From Candidatus Micrarchaeota archaeon (GTDB lineage: Archaea; Micrarchaeota; Micrarchaeia; Anstonellales; Bilamarchaeaceae): a DNA stretch of 64,000 nt. A program made the position numbers and the translations under genes. Position 1 is the stretch's first letter. Each line of letters opens with the position of its first letter. Under the pieces are notes generated by a model that had not been told where the DNA came from, made no database searches, and saw only the letters and a program-made list of their open reading frames with translations. Positions 57,466 to 64,000 of this stretch are shown piece by piece. The DNA is taken from positions 1-64,000 of the forward strand of contig JBFMEZ010000029.1 of the NCBI GenBank assembly GCA_040753215.1. The letters run 5' to 3'.

Positions 57466-58890
57466 ATGGGTGCCATAATAGATTTTATACACAAACTCTC
57501 GGGCTACCTGCCCGAAATAAGGGCCCCCACAAAGCTCCCCAGCATAAAGGAGCGCTTCCTCTGGACCGGAATCGCCCTCCTCCTCTTCTTCGTAATGTAC
57601 AATGTTACCGTTTTCGGCGCATCCCACAGCGCGGGCGCCTTCGACTTCCTCCAGATGATTACCGCTTCCAAGATCGGCTCCCTGCTCACGACCTCCATCG
57701 GCCCCATAGTGCTCGCATCCATCTTCCTCCAGCTCTTCTCCGGCGCGGGCCTCATAGACCTCGACCCGAAGAACCCCGAGCAGAGGCAGAAGTTCCAGGA
57801 AGTGCAGAAGGTCCTCGCCCTCATAATCGCCCTTGTGGAGGCCTCCATATTCGTTTTCACCGGCCGCATCCCCCTTGTTCAGAATTCGCCTTTCGACCCC
57901 ACCCTGCTCGCCGCCCTCGTCATATTCCAGGTTTCCCTCGGCTCCGCCATAGTCCTCTACCTTGACGAGATCGTCACAAAATACGGAATCGGCTCCGGCA
58001 TCTCCCTATTCATCGCCGCAGGGGTCTCCTTCTCCATCATCGGCGGCGCCATCTCCCTTTTCGTGGGGGAAGGCGGCGTCGCCTCCGTGGTCGCGGGAGG
58101 CGGCGCAGAGGCGATCCCCAACGCCCTGCTCGTGCTCCTTCCCCTTCTCGTCACGCTCGCCGTTTTCGCGGCGGTCTGCTACGGCGAGGGCGTAAAGGTG
58201 GAAATCCCCCTCGCCTACCAGCAGGCCCGCGGAGTAGCCCCGAAGCTCCCCCTCAACCTCTTCTACCTCTCAAACATCCCGGTCATCTTCGCCTCCGCCC
58301 TGCTCCTGAACCTGCAGCTCTTCTCGGCGGGCCTGGAGGGAAAGAGCTTCATGCTCGGCGATTTCGACCTCGTGCCCGCAATCGGCTACGTGGATTCCAC
58401 GGGCCAGCTCCGCGACGGCCTCCTCTATTTCTTCACCCCGGTCTTCGGCGGCAACACGCTCTCCCAGATAAATTTCCTGATGAACGGCGTGACCCCGCTC
58501 TTCGGCATCCCGGAATGGCTGCATGCCATAATCTACGTTATTTTCCTTGCCCTCGTCTCCGTCCTTTTCGGGATGTTCTGGGCCGAGACCGCGAACATGG
58601 ACACCAAGGGCATGACAAACCAGCTCATGCAGTCCGGCATGCAGGTCCCGGGATGGAGGCGCGACCCGAGGATGATGGAGAAGGTGCTTGAAAAATACAT
58701 CCCGCCCCTCATAATACTCGGCTCCTTCCTGGTCGGCCTCCTCGCAGGCCTTGCAGACCTCACCGGAGCCCTCGGCACTGGCACGGGGATACTCCTTACC
58801 GTGGGCATCTTCTACCGCACCTACCTCCAGATGAAGAGGCAGAGGATGCTCGAGGCGATGCCGATATTCGAAACCATCGCAGGTGAATGA
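57466..58890 (+). CDS. secY: Preprotein translocase subunit SecY
   Basis: IGPIVLASI, KYGIGSGISLFIAAG, SNIPVI, GTGTGILLTV. Confidence 0.97.
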   Translation: MGAIIDFIHKLSGYLPEIRAPTKLPSIKERFLWTGIALLLFFVMYNVTVFGASHSAGAFDFLQMITASKIGSLLTTSIGPIVLASIFLQLFSGAGLIDLDPKNPEQRQKFQEVQKVLALIIALVEASIFVFTGRIPLVQNSPFDPTLLAALVIFQVSLGSAIVLYLDEIVTKYGIGSGISLFIAAGVSFSIIGGAISLFVGEGGVASVVAGGGAEAIPNALLVLLPLLVTLAVFAAVCYGEGVKVEIPLAYQQARGVAPKLPLNLFYLSNIPVIFASALLLNLQLFSAGLEGKSFMLGDFDLVPAIGYVDSTGQLRDGLLYFFTPVFGGNTLSQINFLMNGVTPLFGIPEWLHAIIYVIFLALVSVLFGMFWAETANMDTKGMTNQLMQSGMQVPGWRRDPRMMEKVLEKYIPPLIILGSFLVGLLAGLADLTGALGTGTGILLTVGIFYRTYLQMKRQRMLEAMPIFETIAGE

Positions 58891-58891
58891 G

Positions 58892-59521
58892 ATGATAATC
58901 GTAATGGGCCTTCCGGGCGCAGGCAAGTCCTCAGTCCTCGCAGGTATAGAAGGAATGGTGACACCTCAGAGCGACCGCGCAGGCCTGCGCGGCTCTGGTG
59001 CCGAATGGCCACAAGGGGCCTTCGGCACTCACTCCGAGGTGTCAGGCTGGAAAACCCTAAACTACGGGACACTGATGTTCGAAATAGCGAAGGAGCGCTT
59101 CGGGCTCTCCCACCGCGACGAGCTCCGCAGGCTTCCCGTTGAGAAGCAGAAGAAAGTCCAGGAGGAAGTCGCCCTCCGCCTTTCCAAAGAGAGGGGAAAA
59201 GTGATTCTTGACACCCACTGCTCGATAAAGACCCCCCGCGGCTACCTCCCCGGCCTTCCGTTCTCCCTCCTCGAGAAGCTCACCATTGATGCGGTAGTCC
59301 TCATCACCGCAAACCCAGAAGAAATAATGGGCCGCAGAAAAGCCGACGAGAGCCGCGTGCGCGACCCCGAAACCCTCGATTCCATACGCGAGCACGACCT
59401 GATGAACAAGGCGCTGCTCGCCTCTTACGCGGCCCACCGCGGCTGCCCGGCCCGCATAATCTACAACCACGACGGGAAGCTGGAGGAAGCGGTGCGCCAG
59501 CTCCGCGGGATGCTGGAGTGA
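58892..59521 (+). CDS. adkA: Archaeal adenylate kinase with an in-frame palindromic insertion
   Basis: GLPGAGKS P-loop, NYG, RDELR, DTH, GYLPGLP. Confidence 0.93.
   Translation: MIIVMGLPGAGKSSVLAGIEGMVTPQSDRAGLRGSGAEWPQGAFGTHSEVSGWKTLNYGTLMFEIAKERFGLSHRDELRRLPVEKQKKVQEEVALRLSKERGKVILDTHCSIKTPRGYLPGLPFSLLEKLTIDAVVLITANPEEIMGRRKADESRVRDPETLDSIREHDLMNKALLASYAAHRGCPARIIYNHDGKLEEAVRQLRGMLE
58959..59044. repeat. Branched palindromic element inside adk
   Basis: Outer IR TGACACCTC/GAGGTGTCA enclosing hairpins CCGCGCAGGCCTGCGCGG and GTGCCGAA...TTCGGCAC. Confidence 0.8.
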
Positions 59522-59525
59522 ACAA

Positions 59526-60335
59526 ATGATAACCACCGGAAACTTCTTCTGGATAGTCACCCTCCTCGGCATAGTTTACTCGCTCTCAATCCGCTTCATC
59601 CAGATGAGATTCACGGACCAGGAGAGGATGAAATCCCTCCAGAAGCAGATGAACGACCTTAACAAGGAATACTTCTCCGCAATGAAATCCGGCAACAAGA
59701 AGCGCATGGATTCCATCCAGGAGGAGCAGAACAAGCTGATGCCCCAGTTCAGCGGGATGATGATGGGCCAGCTCAAGCTCATGGCTGCGATAATATCCAT
59801 ATTCCTCGCCTTCATGGCCGTGGTGAACGCGCTCGACCCGTTCCTCCAGGACGACAAGGTCTTCGAGCTATTCCCGTCCGGCACCCAGCAAACAGCGTCC
59901 TCCCGGTTCTGCGGTTCCTTCCCAGTCTCCTGCTCTTCCTCCGGCCCTTGGCTCGTGGAGGTCACCGCCTATTCCGGGGGTTCAGAAAAAGGGGCCAACA
60001 GCACTTACATCTATTGCGGCAGCGAAGGCGGAATCCGCCCCTCGCCCGTAACCAGGGGCACCCCCTTCCCAATAACAACCGATAAAAAAGTTTATGCGCA
60101 GAATGATACTGCCACGGTGTGCATTTCCGCACCCGTAGGCACAGACCGCGCGGAGGGAAAAACCAACTCGGGCACGTGGTTCATGGTTCCGCTCCCATTC
60201 GCCATACCCGTGCTTAACGTGGACGTGATAAACGGGGCGAACATCTGGTTCATCCTCGTTTCCATAATATCCGGCCTGGTTTTCTCCTTCGCATGGGGAA
60301 AAATAAAGAAGAAAGACGAAAAGGTGAAATCATGA
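59526..60335 (+). CDS. DUF106/EMC3-TMCO1 (Oxa1 superfamily) membrane protein with an inserted soluble domain
   Basis: TM-coiled coil-TM architecture; position after adk. Confidence 0.85.
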   Translation: MITTGNFFWIVTLLGIVYSLSIRFIQMRFTDQERMKSLQKQMNDLNKEYFSAMKSGNKKRMDSIQEEQNKLMPQFSGMMMGQLKLMAAIISIFLAFMAVVNALDPFLQDDKVFELFPSGTQQTASSRFCGSFPVSCSSSGPWLVEVTAYSGGSEKGANSTYIYCGSEGGIRPSPVTRGTPFPITTDKKVYAQNDTATVCISAPVGTDRAEGKTNSGTWFMVPLPFAIPVLNVDVINGANIWFILVSIISGLVFSFAWGKIKKKDEKVKS

Positions 60336-60643
60336 CGAAAAGGAAAGACCGCTCAACAGCAATAAGAAAAATCAAAAGGCGCGTGCCTTCCGGCGAAAGC
60401 AGGGAATATTTCAGGCGCAGGCAAAAGAAGCCGAAGGCCTCGTGCGCCCTCTGCCGCTCCGCGCTACGTGGAATAGGCTCCGGGGCGAAGACCGAGAGGA
60501 GGCCCAACCGCAAATTCGCCGGCAACCTGTGCCACCGCTGCTCCGCCCGCATACTGGTGGAGGCGCAGCGCGTCCGCGAGAAAACGAAATCCCTGGACGA
60601 TGTTGAGCTTCTCTACAGGAAATATGTGCAGGGCCTGATATGA
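60332..60643 (+). CDS. rpl34e: 50S ribosomal protein L34e
   Basis: RVPSG, CALC, RPNRKFAGNLCHRC. Confidence 0.94.
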   Translation: MTKRKDRSTAIRKIKRRVPSGESREYFRRRQKKPKASCALCRSALRGIGSGAKTERRPNRKFAGNLCHRCSARILVEAQRVREKTKSLDDVELLYRKYVQGLI

Positions 60644-60688
60644 GTTCCCGGTTTCCCGTTTCCGGGAGCCGGTTGCGGGTGAATGCAG

Positions 60689-60772
60689 ATGATAATAACA
60701 GTATGGGGATGGACCGGTGCAGGGAAGAATACCCTCGGCGAGCTTCTCGCAAAGCGCCTCGGCTACCGCACC
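60689..60772 (+). pseudogene. cmk: Orphaned 5' copy of cmk (28 codons)
   Basis: Identical to 60859-60942 except four synonymous changes in codons 2-5. Confidence 0.92.
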
Positions 60773-60775
60773 ACC

Positions 60776-60835
60776 AAAAACGCGGAGGGGGAGACCCCCT
60801 CCCCATTTTTAGGTGTCATTCTGACCCTCCCCCCG
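60776..60835 (+). repeat. Family B element, truncated variant
   Basis: AAAAACGCGGAGGGGGAGACCCCCTCCCCATTTT...GTCATTCTGACCCTCCCC. Confidence 0.82.
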
Positions 60836-60858
60836 GTTCTTTCGAATGAGGTGAATGC

Positions 60859-61377
60859 ATGATTATCACGGTCTGGGGATGGACCGGTGCAGGGAAGAAT
60901 ACCCTCGGCGAGCTTCTCGCAAAGCGCCTCGGCTACCGCACCGTTTCTCCTACGTTTAAGGACCTCGCGGCAAAGGAGGGAATCTCCCTTCTTGAATTCC
61001 AGAAGAAGGCAGAGAAGGACCCTGACATAGACAGGAAGTTCGACGAGCTCCTCAAGGAAGAAGCCGGGAAGGGCAACTGCATCGTTACCACCTGGCTCGG
61101 CCCCTGGATGGTCCCCGCGGATTTCCGCATCCTGGTGTTCGCTCCGGAGAAGGTGCGCATCGAGCGCATCGCGAAGAGGGAATCCGTCTCCCAGAAAGAA
61201 GCGGCAAAATACGTGCGCGAGAAGGATTCCGGCAACATAAAGAGGTACAAGAACGTATATGGAATCGACATAACGGATACAAGCTCCTTCGACCTCGCCC
61301 TGAGCGCGGAAACCTACCGCCCGGAGCAGATGGTCGAGATTGCCCTGTTGGCAATAGAAAAGAAAATGAAGAAATGA
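60859..61377 (+). CDS. cmk: Cytidylate kinase (archaeal type)
   Basis: GWTGAGKNT, RYKNVYGID; rpl34e-cmk-rpl14e order. Confidence 0.93.
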   Translation: MIITVWGWTGAGKNTLGELLAKRLGYRTVSPTFKDLAAKEGISLLEFQKKAEKDPDIDRKFDELLKEEAGKGNCIVTTWLGPWMVPADFRILVFAPEKVRIERIAKRESVSQKEAAKYVREKDSGNIKRYKNVYGIDITDTSSFDLALSAETYRPEQMVEIALLAIEKKMKK

Positions 61378-61386
61378 GGTGTTAAT

Positions 61387-61551
61387 ATGGCAGCAATTGA
61401 AGTTGGAAAAGTTTGCTTAATGAAGTTCGGCCGCCGCTCCGGTGAGGAAGTAACCATCACCAAAATTCTGGATGAAAATTTCGTGATGGTTAAGGACGCA
61501 AAAGGAAAGGAGAAGCGCGCGAACATAAAGCATCTCGAGCCGGTCGCTTAG
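61387..61551 (+). CDS. rpl14e: 50S ribosomal protein L14e
   Basis: Manually translated: MAAIEVGKVCLMKFGRRSG...DENFV...NIKHLEP. Confidence 0.92.
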   Translation: MAAIEVGKVCLMKFGRRSGEEVTITKILDENFVMVKDAKGKEKRANIKHLEPVA

Positions 61552-61570
61552 GCTACCGTATTTTTGCGTG

Positions 61571-62050
61571 TTATTCAGCCATATCCGCCAGCGCCCTCCG
61601 GATCTTTTCCCTGAATTTCGGCAGCCACCTTTCCAATTCCACTAATTCAGGCAATGCCCTTCTTCTGATTAGTTCGTCTATCGCCCCTTCACTCAAATCA
61701 TCAAAGCACACCCCGCACTTGGCCAGTTTCACCAAGCCTCCATTTCCGCCTGATCCCAGTCGTTCTGCCGCAAGCTCTGCCATCTCCCTGTCCTGCCGCG
61801 TCGGCTGAAACTGCCCGCTTTTCAAATAAATTATATGCACCGAGTCGTCCTCGCTAAGGAATGCGAGCAGCTTCTTTATCCTGTTTATTCCCATCTCCTT
61901 ACAATGCAACAAAGCCGGCAGCGCCTCTTCGAAAACAGTGCTTCTCGCCCTGCATTCAACCATAGGCTCTTTTGGGAACTCTTTCTTGCAGCTGCCCATC
62001 GCTATTGTAGCGCACACAACTGCTGTTACAACTGCTTTTCCAGTCTTCAT
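61571..62050 (-). CDS. Hypothetical lipoprotein-like protein
   Basis: Hydrophobic N-terminus ending MGSC; SD GGTGA. Confidence 0.65.
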   Translation of the reverse strand: MKTGKAVVTAVVCATIAMGSCKKEFPKEPMVECRARSTVFEEALPALLHCKEMGINRIKKLLAFLSEDDSVHIIYLKSGQFQPTRQDREMAELAAERLGSGGNGGLVKLAKCGVCFDDLSEGAIDELIRRRALPELVELERWLPKFREKIRRALADMAE

Positions 62051-62060
62051 ATTTCATCAC

Positions 62061-62663
62061 CTATATTTTCAATTCCAGCCTGCCCAGCTCCCGCCTTTCC
62101 GCCGTCTTATAGTTGCCAGTAGCAGGGTCCTTCGTCTGGTCATAGACCATAGTAAACACTATCGAGTCATCTCCGACTCTATATTCTGAAAATACGCGCC
62201 CGCATTGCCCATCATGGGGATAGGGCTGATGGACTTCGCCAAGGTATCTAGGCTTCCCATCCCCCTCTTTCATTCCATAGAAGTAGATATCTGCTCCTGA
62301 TGGAATAGGGGACCATCTGTACCGATAAGCATAATTCCACAATTCGATTATACCTATTTTTTCCTGGCCGTCTCCACGCTCGAATACTTCCACACCAACC
62401 TTGTAATCCAGATGGCGACCTTGCGATGCCAATAGCTTTCCGAAGCATTCCAATTTTTCTCTCAGGTCGTCCGTCGTGAGTGCTCTTATAGCTAGCTTTG
62501 CCGTACTCAGTTCTCTTTCTAGCTCATATATGCGCTCATGGCCAGCGCGGTCAAGTGCGAAATCAAGCGCGAACCCCTCCAACAGCCTGAACGCGTTGCT
62601 TCGCGGCCTTTGGCTGCCTGCGCTTTCGGTTTTTGCCCGTTCGGTCGTCCCCCCATTTTTCAT
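62061..62663 (-). CDS. Hypothetical protein
   Basis: 200-aa ORF co-oriented with 61571-62050. Confidence 0.65.
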   Translation of the reverse strand: MKNGGTTERAKTESAGSQRPRSNAFRLLEGFALDFALDRAGHERIYELERELSTAKLAIRALTTDDLREKLECFGKLLASQGRHLDYKVGVEVFERGDGQEKIGIIELWNYAYRYRWSPIPSGADIYFYGMKEGDGKPRYLGEVHQPYPHDGQCGRVFSEYRVGDDSIVFTMVYDQTKDPATGNYKTAERRELGRLELKI

Positions 62664-62727
62664 TTGCCATCACTGATTACAACACGCAAGCGCAATATTT
62701 ATATTCTCGTGGTTACATAATTACCAC

Positions 62728-63456
62728 ATGATAAACAAAGAAGCCCTTGAAGCCCTGGGCCTCACAGAAAACGATTCACGAGTCTGCATCACTCTGCTCA
62801 CCCACGGCCCCCAGAGGGTTGCGGATTTGGAGAGGATCGTAGGGATACACAGGAGGAACCTCTACGACTCGCTCAGCAGGCTGGAAAAAATGGAAGTTGT
62901 CAATTCTTTCATCCGTAATGGAGTTCGCTATTTTCAGATTGCAAGCATGGATTTGCTGAGCGACATGCTCAGGAAGAAAGAAGAGGAGATACATGGGTTT
63001 CTTTCTGGAATAAAGAAGATTGAGAGGGAGTACAGGATCCCCGAGGTCCACATTCTCTCCGGCGAGAAGGGAGTAAAGATGCTGCTCGACGACGAACTTA
63101 GGACCGGAAAACCAATATACGGAATAGCTTCTTCAGGATTCGAGAAAAGGGTATGGGATTATCTGGCCAGGACGCCACATAGGATTCTTGCTGCTGACCT
63201 CCCAGTGAAACTGGTCTACACCAAAAGCGATGTTGAAAACAGGAAAAAAGCGCTAAAATACGATTTCGTGGAAGTGCGCGTCGTTCCCGACGAATACAAA
63301 TCCTCGGTTGCGCTGGAGCTCTACGGAGACACTTCCTGCATAATACTAGAAAATATAATCATAAGAATAAGGGACAAGGAGGTAAACCATAAGTTTATGA
63401 TGTTCTTCAACTCCCTCTGGAAGATGAGAAAAAGAACCCAAGCTCCTCTTGATTAG
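62728..63456 (+). CDS. TrmB family transcriptional regulator
   Basis: LGLTEND, HRRNLYDSL wHTH; paralog of 13761-14522. Confidence 0.88.
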   Translation: MINKEALEALGLTENDSRVCITLLTHGPQRVADLERIVGIHRRNLYDSLSRLEKMEVVNSFIRNGVRYFQIASMDLLSDMLRKKEEEIHGFLSGIKKIEREYRIPEVHILSGEKGVKMLLDDELRTGKPIYGIASSGFEKRVWDYLARTPHRILAADLPVKLVYTKSDVENRKKALKYDFVEVRVVPDEYKSSVALELYGDTSCIILENIIIRIRDKEVNHKFMMFFNSLWKMRKRTQAPLD

Positions 63457-63504
63457 TATCAAAAAACATAACTTTATAAGCGAATTGTTATATAATTTGA
63501 TACT

Positions 63505-64000
63505 ATGAACCTAACCAGAAGGGAAGCAGAGATATTGGATTATTTAATGGGCAAAAAAGCAAATTTCAGGGACGCAGCACGAGCTTTGGGAATAAAAAAA
63601 CCCAATTTCTCAAATTATATCAAAAAACTCGGGCGGTACCGCATGGTCAGCGTCTTCAGGAAAGGCCGGCTTAAAGAATTATCCTTGGAATATGGCCTTA
63701 GGTCCGGTTTTTTTGGGGCAAAGAAAAAACTGCCCCATATCAGATTAAGCCACCTCCTGGCAGGCATAACGCCATTTCTCCTCAGTTTCATCAAAACCAG
63801 ACGAAGGTTTAGAATAAGCGATTTGGATATTCCGCTCATATCTGCCAAGAGGCAATTAAAACAGCTAAGAAATCTAGGCATAGTTTTTATGCCATTTAGA
63901 GGAATATATGAATTAAGGGAAGAAGCCCTGCCTGCCGCGGAGTTTTGCAGGAACATCATTATGCAGATGCACGCCGCCGAAGCCGAACAAGAATTAAAAA
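63505..64000 (+). CDS. Winged-helix protein, partial (runs off the window end)
   Basis: MNLTRREAEILDYLMGKKANFRDAARALGIKKPNFSNYIKKL; TATA-like boxes upstream. Confidence 0.7.
   Translation, partial: MNLTRREAEILDYLMGKKANFRDAARALGIKKPNFSNYIKKLGRYRMVSVFRKGRLKELSLEYGLRSGFFGAKKKLPHIRLSHLLAGITPFLLSFIKTRRRFRISDLDIPLISAKRQLKQLRNLGIVFMPFRGIYELREEALPAAEFCRNIIMQMHAAEAEQELK

Noticed and set aside
60689..60942. Diversity-generating retroelement TR/VR pair (all four cmk mismatches are A in the upstream copy)
   Set aside because: The changes are all synonymous, the pth2 pair is not adenine-specific, and no RT or Avd gene is in the window. Worth rechecking only if the genome encodes a DGR.
181..61354. Many long antisense or alternate-frame ORFs (e.g. 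50441-52060, 51273-52478, 9069-10010, 5712-6605)
   Set aside because: Shadow ORFs of GC-rich, well-identified genes.

Overview
Archaeal chromosomal window. Gene content, order and the compact, divergent proteins suggest a DPANN archaeon such as Micrarchaeota; this assignment is inference. Core content: the rpl18e-rpl13-rps9-rpoN-tRNAPro-rps2 cluster, the exosome superoperon (SBDS-rrp4-rrp41-rrp42-rpl37ae-rpoP-pcc1-pfdB-DHH-purA), the L3-to-L14e ribosomal/secY/adk/cmk superoperon, five tRNAs (two with 37/38 introns), purine genes (purA, purE, purN, purP), aIF5B, pth2, dcd, nurA, archease and trmI. Accessory content: a U32-family/TrmB divergon, a HemN-like radical SAM gene, and a ~7 kb IS-bounded island (IS256 interrupted by IS3, plus a frameshifted IS1595) carrying a B12-radical-SAM/methyltransferase fusion coupled to a stand-alone B3/4 protein. 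The most unusual signal is a set of short non-coding elements at the translational starts of housekeeping genes (rpoN, rpoP, pth2, rpl23, rpl29, cmk). Each lies between an orphaned copy of the gene's 5' end and the working copy; at pth2, cmk and rpoP the two copies differ mainly at synonymous sites. Other oddities: dispersed GTTTCCN heptamer tracts, a palindromic in-frame insert in adk, a cysteine-free RpoP, and an unannotated stand-alone NrdJ-tail-like zinc-ribbon miniprotein.
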